Positions 1 to 8,282 of a stretch of 10,829 nt of DNA are shown piece after piece. How positions within the stretch are numbered: the stretch's first letter is position 1; each line of letters starts with the position of its first letter. Under the pieces are notes generated by a model that saw only the letters and a program-made list of their open reading frames with translations, made no database searches and was not told the DNA's origin. Made by a program: the position numbers and the translations under genes. The stretch is from Octopus sinensis (Eukaryota). The stretch spans positions 1-10,829 of the forward strand of contig NW_021827247.1 in NCBI RefSeq assembly GCF_006345805.1. Reading direction: 5' to 3'.

Positions 1-29
1 GCCGCAATCAAACACCCCCAACATTAACG

Positions 30-345
30 ACACCGCCGCCGCCGCCGTTATCACCACCGCCATCACGACCATCGCCATCACCATCGCCTTCCTAACTATC
101 TTCGTAATTTATCATCATCCAACGTCGTCATCCGCCTCTTCCTCCTCCTCCTCCTCCTTCAACTCATCATCACCACCATCACCATCGTCATCATCATCGT
201 TACCATCATCAACATCATCATTATCACCATCATAATCATCATCACCATCATCATCACCCCCCACCACCACCGCCACTATCATCATCATCCTCTTCATCAT
301 CATCATCATCACCACCATTACCAACATCATCATTATCACCATCAT

Positions 346-378
<33 letters not shown>

Positions 379-394
379 CACCACCAATACCACC

Positions 395-426
<32 letters not shown>

Positions 427-516
427 TTCATCATCATCAACATCATCACCACCGTTACCAACATCATCATTATCACCATCATAATCATCATCATCACCAC
501 TACCACCACCACCACC

Positions 517-549
<33 letters not shown>

Positions 550-570
550 TTCATCATCGCCATCATCAGT
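30..570. repeat. Compound (CAT/CAC/GCC/CCT)n trinucleotide repeat
   Basis: Directly visible; it is the source of the poly-M/V/D ORFs. Confidence 0.95.
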
Positions 571-676
571 ATATTATCCCATCCCATTAATACCATTTTG
601 CTGCACATTGTTTGATGTTATCAATACAATATCACACGCACTCACAGCACAAGCATGCATATTTACATGTACTTAA

Positions 677-716
677 GTGTGTGTGTATGCATGCGCGCGC
701 GTGTGTGTGTGTGTAT

Positions 717-769
<53 letters not shown>

Positions 770-801
770 TGCGTGTGTGTGTGTGTGTCTGTGTGAGTGT
801 G
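677..801. repeat. (GT)n microsatellite
   Basis: Directly visible. Confidence 0.95.
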
Positions 802-944
802 CTTGTACGGTAGAAGCGTACGTTGTTGTCAGAACAGACCCTTGAGAAATGTGACTTCCAACTGGAATCCTTATATATCTCGTTTCAGAAGTGGTAGACT
901 TTGATCATGTAATAATGCCGTTTATAAAGCATTAGGCACTAGCA

Positions 945-948
945 TATA

Positions 949-990
<42 letters not shown>

Positions 991-994
991 TATA

Positions 995-1031
<37 letters not shown>

Positions 1032-1065
1032 TATAATATATATACATATATATATATATACATAC

Positions 1066-1112
<47 letters not shown>

Positions 1113-1115
1113 CTA

Positions 1116-1172
<57 letters not shown>

Positions 1173-1650
1173 ATATAATAAAATATATATTATACATTAT
1201 AATATATATATATACATACATAGATGCATGCGTACATGTATACAAACATACTCACACATATATATATATATATGTGGTGTGGTGTTGTATACATACTACA
1301 TATACACATATATACATACATACGTACATACATACATAAGTACATACGTACATAAGTACAATCGTACATACATACACACATACATACATACATACACACA
1401 TACATACGTACGTGCATACATACACACACACAGACTTACATACATACACACATACACACATACATACATACATACATACATACATACATTACACACATAC
1501 ATACATACACACACACATACACACATACAGACAGACAGACATATATACATACATTACACACATACATACATACATACATACATACATACATACATACATA
1601 CATACATACATACATACATACATACACACATGCATACATGCATATATGCA
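945..1650. repeat. Compound (AT)n then (TACA)n/(CA)n microsatellite
   Basis: Directly visible: (AT)n about 955-1272 and (TACA)n about 1290-1650. Confidence 0.95.
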
Positions 1651-1867
1651 TATGACTATAATTGGTGTACTAAGGTCACAGTTACAAAGAGCTTAATCTA
1701 CTGAGTACCACTGTTACAAAGAAACAATTGCGTCCATAATAGAACTGAAAATTGGGGGGAATGGTAAGAGACAACAATGTAAGAGAAAAGGGTAAGACGG
1801 GAAGGGGAGGTGGCGTTGGACAATGTTATTAGAGAACCGAAACGCCATTTTGTCATATGTTGGTGCG

Positions 1868-1868
<1 letters not shown>

Positions 1869-1921
<53 letters not shown>
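1869..1921. repeat. (TG)n microsatellite
   Basis: Directly visible. Confidence 0.95.
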
Positions 1922-2143
1922 AATAAACCAATATGTAAATATGTGTGTTTGGCTGCATTTAGGTATGTGAATGCCATGCACGAAACTCTCGAGGCTAGAG
2001 TCACTTTTGTTAACTTCTGTATGCGTGAATCAAATTTGCATGCATACCTCAACTTGCGTCGGTAATTGGTTACAAGACATACGACTTCATTCGGAAAACG
2101 ACGCAACGCGAAAAATTCATTTAGCAAAATATATTAGTTTTTA

Positions 2144-2320
2144 CTGTAACCCCTCGGCTATCGCGGGCGTTAAGTTCCAAAACCCCCCGCGATAGGTGAA
2201 AATCCGCGAAGTAGAAACAGTACTGTATATATTTTTGTATTATTATTTTTATAATTTTTATACATTTATTTTATTATAAATGTAAAACAACACCACAGAG
2301 GAATCGACGTAAGCTTAAAT
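2144..2320 (+). mobile_element. One terminus of a Tc1/mariner pogo/Tigger-like non-autonomous DNA transposon
   Basis: TA at 2142-2143 is followed by CTGTAACCCCTCGGCTATCGCGGG…GTTCCAAAACCCCCCGCGATAG…AATCCGCGAAGTAG, resembling Tigger-type CAGT..CCCTCG termini. There is an internal 10-bp inverted repeat at 2158-2167/2186-2195. The family assignment is from recall and the inner boundary is approximate. Confidence 0.65.
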
Positions 2321-2323
2321 AGT

Positions 2324-2411
2324 ATTTTCTGCTCTAGGCACAAGGCCCGAAATTTTGGGGGAGGGGGCTAGTCAATTAGATCGACCCCAGAACGCAACTG
2401 GTACTTAATTT
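2324..2411 (-). mobile_element. 3' fragment of tRNA-derived SINE family A
   Basis: Matches the tail and core of the copies at 2791-2880 and 6889-6986 (ctaggcacaaggcccgaaattttggggg…atcgaccccag…aactggtacttaattt). Confidence 0.85.
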
Positions 2412-2718
2412 TAAAATCACTGAGGATCAAACAATTTTTCTGGCTCTGATGTTTTCTTCGTGTTTTAAAATTGTTCTCACAATTACTTCGCTCCTAATAA
2501 TCTTTTCGTACATTTTGTCGAACATTTTCCTGTTTGAAGTGGGTTTAATATATTAATTACCTTTTCTAAAATCGGGTTTTATTGACATTTGAAACTTTAT
2601 TATTCACGTACGAGAATATTATGTTTTTTTAAAAAGCTAATTTCAGCTTAAATGTTAGACGAAAGTAGAAAGAAAGGAAAATAATAAAATGAAAAGGAAA
2701 CGATGAAACGGAAAGTAC

Positions 2719-2790
<72 letters not shown>
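2719..2790. repeat. (AAT)n microsatellite, the 3' tail of the adjacent minus-strand SINE
   Basis: Directly abuts the SINE 3' end; plus-strand copies at 7890 and 8250 also end in (ATT)n. Confidence 0.9.
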
Positions 2791-3190
2791 CCTTTATACT
2801 ATAGGCATAAGGCCTGAAATTTTGGGGCAGGGGGGACCTGTCGATTACATCGATCCTATAGTGTAACTGGTATTTAATCTATCGACCCCGAAAGGATGAA
2901 CGGCAAAGTCGACCTCGGCGGAATTTGAACTCAGAACGTAACAGCAGACGAAATACCTATTTCTTTACTACCCACAAGGGGCTAAACACAGAGAGGACAA
3001 ACAAGGACAGACAAACGGATTAAATCTATTATATCGACCCCAGTACGTAACTGGTACTTATTTAATCGACCCCGAAAGGATGAAACGCAAAGTCGACCTC
3101 GGCGGAATTTGAACTCAGAACGTAAAGACAGACAAAATACCGCTAAGAATTTCGCCCGGCGCGTTAACGTTTCTGCCAGCTCGCCGCCTT
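2791..3190 (-). mobile_element. SINE family A, head-to-tail dimer
   Basis: The minus strand starts AAGGCGGCGAGCTGGCAGAAACGTT (A-box-like) and has GAGTTCAAATTCC (B-box-like) twice. Both units carry a core close to GTCGACTTTGCCTTTCATCCTTTCGGGGTCGAT..AAGTACCAG, which resembles the Meta/MESC SINE central domain as I recall it. The unit junction is at 2957/2958. Confidence 0.88.
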
Positions 3191-3194
3191 ATAT

Positions 3195-3480
3195 ATGGCC
3201 TAGTGGTTAGGGTGTTGGACTCAAGATCGCGAGATCGTGGTTTCAATTCCTAGACCAGTTGGTGTGTTGTTCTTGAGCAAAATACTTCATCTCATGTTGC
3301 CCTGCAGTCACTTCGACACCTGACGCGCGGCACAGTGCACCTGACCGGGCAACGTCGATTTGACGGAGAGAATGAGCTAATGTGCGGCACGGACATTTGA
3401 TCACTATAAACTTTTCATCTGAGAAGATTTTTCGGCAAAATAAAGCTGAACGCTCCTTCGTCGTCTTCGAGAAAATACCT
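3195..3480 (+). mobile_element. tRNA-derived SINE family C with a CORE-like segment
   Basis: A-box TGGCCTAGTGG (3196-3206) and B-box GGTTTCAATTCC (3239-3250) are followed by TGTTCTTGAGCAAAATACTTCATCTC, similar to the CORE motif. The 3' end is approximate. Confidence 0.7.
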
Positions 3481-3526
3481 TTATCCAGCCAGCCGCCATT
3501 ATTGACCGCTAGCTCCTAAAGTTTTT

Positions 3527-3529
<3 letters not shown>

Positions 3530-3618
<89 letters not shown>
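3530..3618. repeat. (CT)n microsatellite
   Basis: Directly visible perfect repeat. Confidence 0.97.
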
Positions 3619-3622
<4 letters not shown>

Positions 3623-3762
3623 ATTTCCTCGTCTTCCTTTCTGTTAAAGAGCGTAGGCTCGAAACGTTAAAGACTTTCTCACCTTCCCGAGTGTTAAACC
3701 AATACACTTGTTTGTTGTTTATACACCCGTCTTCGTCTTTTTTTTTTGTAAATTTCAACTAT
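3619..3762 (+). mobile_element. Probable Penelope-like element terminal-repeat fragment with a degenerate minimal hammerhead motif
   Basis: CTTT-CTGTTAA-A-GAGC-GTAG-GCTC-GAAAC-GTT-AAAG at 3637-3672 has the layout of type I minimal hammerheads known from Penelope-like elements. It is flanked by (CT)n and (AT)n microsatellites. Confidence 0.55.
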
Positions 3763-3871
3763 ATAATATATATATATGTATATATGTGTCTGTGTGTGTG
3801 TGTATACATATACACATATATAAATATACATAATATATATATATATTTATATATATATATATATCGTGCGT

Positions 3872-3925
<54 letters not shown>

Positions 3926-4113
3926 GATGGATGGATAGATAGATAGATAGATAGATGGATAGATAGATGATGGATAGATAGATATTAGATAATAGATGAT
4001 GATAGATAGATAGATAGATAGATAGATAGTATAGATAGATAGATGGATGGATGGATGGATGGATGGATGGATGGATGGATAGATAGACAGACAGACGGAT
4101 AGATGGATGGATG

Positions 4114-4193
<80 letters not shown>

Positions 4194-4220
4194 TACCTGT
4201 ATACACACACTCACACACAT
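3760..4220. repeat. Compound (AT)n/(GATA)n/(GATG)n microsatellite
   Basis: Directly visible; the (GATA)n/(GATG)n block is about 3872-4192. Confidence 0.95.
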
Positions 4221-4224
4221 AAAT

Positions 4225-4412
4225 ATATTCGACAGTCTTCCACACTGTTCCCATCAACCAAATTCACTCCCGGGGCATTGATCGAACCGCGAACCTATTG
4301 TAGTAAACGCTTAGTCAAAGTGCTGCATATTGACGCAATGAGATTCAACGCGAACCCATGTGCCACGAAGCTGCAAAGCGAGCTTCTTCAACGAAACAGC
4401 GATGCCTGTGTC
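4225..4412 (-). mobile_element. Old, diverged 5' half of SINE family B (CORE-type)
   Basis: The reverse complement reads CACAGGCATCGCTGTTTCGTTGAAGAAGCTCGCTTT…CACATGGGTTCGCGTTGAATCTCATTGCG…GCACTTTGACTAAGCGTTTACTACAATAG. This is similar to the head at 10768-10829 and to 5497-5587. Confidence 0.7.
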
Positions 4413-4827
4413 ATCACAGCATTTAAATAATTTCTTTTTCTCTTTTTTTCCAATAATAATAATAATAATAATAATGATAATAATAATCCCAAATTATTTT
4501 TCTCTGCTTCTTTTTCTGTTTTGTCTTGCGTCATATTTTCCCCAGCCTGTTTCCTCGTTTCAGTTCCAAATTGACAGAATACACACGGGAATAGCAAAAT
4601 CTTCACAATTCCCAAGACGTTCATCTAAATTCCGTCTTTCGTTTGTCGCACTTTTTTCCCCGAATGTATTAAAACATCGAAATACGTATTACGTCAAATT
4701 ATGAACGAACGCTGTCATATTTTAGCAATAATCTTTCGAGTCGGCTTTGTCTAGCAGATCTATTTTAGTTTGACTCTGTCTAACGATCGCTGCACTAGCT
4801 TTTATCGCTTACATAATTTAGGCAATG

Positions 4828-4998
4828 GGTTGCGACCATGCTGGAGCAAAGACTTGACGGGTGTGGTCGAGCAAATCGGCCCCAGTATTTATTATTATTC
4901 TTTTTTTTTTTTAAAGCTCGGTAATTATTCTGTCCGTCTTTTTTGCCGAGCCACTAAGTTACGGGGACATAAACAAACCAGCTAAGGTACAATACAAT
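4828..4998 (-). mobile_element. 3' part of a family B SINE, split by the family A trimer
   Basis: The minus strand reads GCTGGTTTGTTTATGTCCCCGTAACTTAGTGGCTCGGCAAAAAAGAC…CTGGGGCCGATTTGCTCGACC…TGCTCCAGCATGGTCGC. I recognise this from recall as the 3' half of the abundant octopus CORE-type SINE. Confidence 0.7.
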
Positions 4999-5496
4999 AT
5001 TTTTTTTATTTCTTTACTGCCCACGGGGGTGGGGTGAGGGCTAAATATAGAGGGGACAAACAAAGATAGACAAAGAGATTAAGTCGATTACATCGACTCC
5101 AGTGCGTAACTGGTACTTATTTAATCGACTCCGAAAGGACGAATGGTAAAGTCGACCCCGGCGGAATTTGAACTCAGAACGTAACGGCAGGCGAAATACC
5201 TATTTCTATACTACCCACAAGGGGCTAAACACAGAGAGGACGAACAAGGACAGACAAACAGATTAAGTCGATTATATCGACCCCAGTGCGTAACTGGTAC
5301 TTATTTAATCGACCCCGAAAGGATGAAAGGCAAAGTCGACCCCGGCGGAATTTGAACTCGAACGTAACAGCAAGCGAAATATCTATTTCTTTATTACCCA
5401 CAAGGGGCTAAACACAGAGAGGACAAACAAAGACATCGAAATACCGCTAAGCATTTCGCCCAGCGCGCTAACGATTCTGCCAGCTCGCCGCCCTTT
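4999..5496 (-). mobile_element. SINE family A, head-to-tail trimer with a 14-bp target-site duplication
   Basis: Units are 5007-5200, 5201-5383 and 5384-5493 (the last is internally deleted and carries the head). Flanks AGGTACAATACAAT (4985-4998) and AGGTAGAATACAAT (5497-5510) differ by one base. Confidence 0.9.
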
Positions 5497-5587
5497 AGGT
5501 AGAATACAATTGTTCCAAGAAGCCGCACAGTGGGACTGAACCCGCAACTACATGGTTCTCAAACGAACTACAGAGCATCATCTGCGC
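5497..5587 (-). mobile_element. 5' part (tRNA head plus CORE-like segment) of the family B SINE split by the trimer
   Basis: The minus strand reads GCGCAG…GGGTTCAGTCCCACTGTGCGGCTTCTTGGAACAATTGTATTCTACCT and shares GGGTTCAGTC with 10820-10829. Confidence 0.72.
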
Positions 5588-6359
5588 TTTAATTCTTCAA
5601 ATTCCTTATATAGCCATGAAGATTTGATGATGTCGTTTACTCTCTGACTCCAGTTCTATTCCATGGTTGTTCATACCTTTTATTTCTCTTCATTGTCATT
5701 ACAACAATATCTCAAATACACCGACCATCGTTTATCACAAAAAAATACCGTGATAAATGAACACATGAGGGAAATAGAACACGTGAGAAAAATAGATTTC
5801 GGAACGAAATCCCAAGTTGTCTTCCTAACTTAATCGTATAGAAAATACTCACCCTTAGATACACTGATGTACATACGTGTGATAATCAGTGCAATATGGG
5901 TAATTGAGCGTTATAGATGGTGGCGGCTGGGACACGCTTTTGCCTTTCAAGCAGAAACTTTTATGGATCACTGACCCGTGTTATCACAGATCAATTTCTG
6001 ATAAGCATATTACAGTTAACAGTTGAGCATACCGCGTTATCCTGGATCAGTGATGGATGAATCAGTGATAATCGAGGATAGATGTATTAAATTTCATCGC
6101 TCTGTGTTCAGAAGAAATTACTGGAAGACTTAAAATCCTTAGAGTATTTCTGATTGTTAAGAACCCTTGTACGATGAGATGAGGAACCGTTCTGTTGCGA
6201 ATGACCAATATATCTGAAGGATACTCGTACAGGAATGCTGGTTTCACAAATATCTGTTACACGCGTAGTTTCTTTATTTAAGCTATCATTGACTTAACCA
6301 ACACTGATATCTGCTATACGCTTGAGACTGAAAGTTTATCGATCAAACGGCAGTTGTTT

Positions 6360-6592
6360 TATCATCATCATCATCATCATCATCATCATAATCGTCATCG
6401 TTTTACATCCATTTTTCCATCTTATTGTGTACGGCCGGGTGCACTTCTTGGCGCCAACCCCCCTACCTGTTTCCAAGTAAGGTGATATTTCTCCATGGGC
6501 ACACGTTCTCACAAAATATTGGAAATGAATGACACCGCTTGTATGACAGTGGCAATCACTTACAACTATCATGTGACGTCAAGACAAGGAAA
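6360..6592 (-). mobile_element. Probable retroposon 3' fragment with a (GAT)n tail
   Basis: (ATC)n at 6361-6398 runs into CATCGTTTTACATCCATTTTTCCAT…TACGGCCGGGTGCACTTCTTGGCGCCAACC, resembling from recall a common SINE/LINE 3' end read antisense. There is no second copy in the window. Confidence 0.45.
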
Positions 6593-6601
6593 CACACACA
6601 T

Positions 6602-6645
<44 letters not shown>

Positions 6646-6666
6646 TCACATGTATATATATATATA
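6592..6666. repeat. (CA)n then (TA)n microsatellite
   Basis: Directly visible. Confidence 0.92.
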
Positions 6667-6714
6667 TTCAATTTCCGGTAACCAAATCCACTTTTAATTT
6701 TACTTGTTTCGGTC

Positions 6715-6869
6715 CTCTACATTCTGAGTTCAGTTCGTAGCAAGGTCAACTTTGCTTTTTATTACTCTTGGGTCGATAGGACAAAATACCAGACAACTGT
6801 ACCAGCCGGTCGTATCGACTACTTTCCAACCCCTAAGTTGCTGACCTTGTATCTGAGCTAGCAGAATCG
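6715..6869 (+). mobile_element. Old diverged SINE related to family A
   Basis: TACATTCTGAGTTCAGTTC…AAGGTCAACTTTGCTTTTTAT…GGGTCGATAG…AATACCAG…GACCTTGT aligns loosely with 7764-7885. Confidence 0.65.
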
Positions 6870-6888
6870 TTTCAAGTATTAATATAAT

Positions 6889-7110
6889 CTTTTCTACTCT
6901 CGGTACAAGGTCCTAAATTTTTTTTTTTGGGGGGGGGGGGTACCAGTTGATAAGATCGATTCCACTACGCAACTGGTACTTAATTTATCAACACCGAAAG
7001 GATGAAAGGCAAAGTCGACCTCGGCAGAATTTGAACTCAGAACGTAGCGGCAGACGAAATACCGCTAAGCCTTTTACTCGTTGCGCTAACGATTCTCCCA
7101 GCTCGCCGCC
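6889..7110 (-). mobile_element. Full-length SINE family A monomer with a 19-bp target-site duplication
   Basis: Head, B box, core and tail are all present. Flanks TTTCAAGTATTAATATAAT (6870-6888) and TTTCAACTATTAATATAAT (7111-7129) differ by one base. Confidence 0.92.
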
Positions 7111-7416
7111 TTTCAACTATTAATATAATGCGTCGATAATATCGCTTTTTAACCTTTTACTTTTATTTCTATGTTCTTTACACTTTCTTGTTCATTGATT
7201 CCTAAATATTTTTATCTCTATATTTGGCCTAATTCTCTTATCTCTGTTTATTTATTTAGCATAATATTAATATTTTATTCAAAGTTGCCTCGGTGTATTT
7301 TTCTAATTAGAAATTTAAATCAATTCCTTCAATAAATCCGTTTACTGTCTGCAGCAGTGTTTCGAGTTGATTGTCGGTTTATCCGCCAGCGGTGTACATT
7401 ATTACAATTGTTCTTA

Positions 7417-7435
7417 TTGCTGCTGCTGCTGCTGC

Positions 7436-7490
<55 letters not shown>

Positions 7491-7491
7491 G
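7417..7491. repeat. (GCT)n(GTT)n microsatellite
   Basis: Directly visible. Confidence 0.95.
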
Positions 7492-7640
7492 AGGTGACGA
7501 GCTGGCAAAATCGTTAACATACCGGACGAAGTGTTTAGCCTTTCGGAATCGGTGAAATAAACTCCAGCCGGGCACCGAGGTCAATGCAGTTGACTAGCCC
7601 CCGCTCAAAAAATTCCAGCCTTGTGTCAATTGTAGAATTT
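7491..7640 (+). mobile_element. Diverged, internally deleted family A SINE
   Basis: The head GAGGTGACGAGCTGGCAAAATCGTTAAC…TTTAG joins directly to CCTTTCGGAATCG (B box lost), then the tail CAGCCTTGTGTCAATTGTAGAA and (ATT)n. Confidence 0.75.
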
Positions 7641-7698
7641 ATTATTATAATTATAATTATAATTATTGTTGTTGTTGTTGTTGTTGTTGTATTATTAA

Positions 7699-7889
7699 AA
7701 GCGGCAAGCTGGCAGAATTGTTAGCACGCCCGGCGAAATATTTAACGGTATTTCATCCGTCCTCACGTTCTGAGTTCAAATTCTGCCAAAGTCGAATTTG
7801 CCTTTCATCTTTTCCTTTCGGGGGTGATGAAATAAGCTCCAATTACACACTGGGGTCGATGTAAAGGCCTTTTACCTTTTGTAGAAGGG

Positions 7890-7890
<1 letters not shown>
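7699..7890 (+). mobile_element. SINE family A monomer, sense orientation
   Basis: GCGGCAAGCTGGCAGAATTGTTAGCACGCC…GAGTTCAAATTCTGCC…GTCGAATTTGCCTTTCATC…GGGGTCGAT…GTAGAAGGG followed by (ATT)n. Confidence 0.88.
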
Positions 7891-7988
<98 letters not shown>

Positions 7989-8150
7989 CAATATCATTAT
8001 TATTATTATTATTATTATTATCATTATTATTATATTATTATTATTATTTTATTATTATTATTATTTTATTATCAATATCATTATTATTATTATTATTATT
8101 ATATCATTATTATATTATTATTATTATTATATTATTATATTATTATTATT
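7890..8150. repeat. Long (ATT)n microsatellite expanded from a SINE tail
   Basis: Directly visible; the interruption ATCAATATCATT occurs twice (near 7987 and 8071). Confidence 0.95.
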
Positions 8151-8250
8151 TCGGGGGTCGATAAATTAAGTACCAGTTGAGTACTGTGGTCGATATAATC
8201 GACTTAACCCTTCCCCAAATTTCAGGCCTTGTGCCTATTGTAGAAAGGAT
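8149..8250 (+). mobile_element. 5'-truncated family A SINE (core plus tail)
   Basis: TTCGGGGGTCGATAAATTAAGTACCAGTTG…AAATTTCAGGCCTTGTGCCTATTGTAGAAAGG followed by (ATT)n. Confidence 0.88.

Positions 8251-8282
<32 letters not shown>

Noticed and set aside
115-1704. ORFs rich in M/V/D, Y/I and H/T/Y
   Set aside because: They are translations of CAT, AT and TACA microsatellites with no splice or domain support.
1714-2127. 137-aa minus-strand ORF containing AFRFSNN, superficially like the iGluR AFRFA motif
   Set aside because: It is on the wrong strand for the gene, runs through a (CA)n tract and shows no further similarity.
3195-3265. Possible tRNA gene (A and B boxes)
   Set aside because: There is no acceptor stem or proper terminator, and it continues into a CORE-like SINE body.
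4360-4704. 114-aa ORF with a good-looking acceptor (ttcctcgtttcAG at 4563) as the missing upstream exon
   Set aside because: The peptide has no iGluR resemblance, the phase 1 frame stops at once and there is no convincing donor.
4999-5496. Tandem units as a CRISPR array or hammerhead retrozyme
   Set aside because: Units are about 183-nt SINE bodies with no unique spacers, and I found no CUGANGA core on either strand.
5847-5990. Minus-strand donor AGG|GTGAGT suggesting an antisense exon
   Set aside because: All three frames upstream of it hit stops within about 60 nt and no clear acceptor is present.
7140-7320. Pyrimidine tract and TTTAG at 7259 as a cryptic exon
   Set aside because: Downstream sequence is AT-rich with early stops and no receptor similarity.
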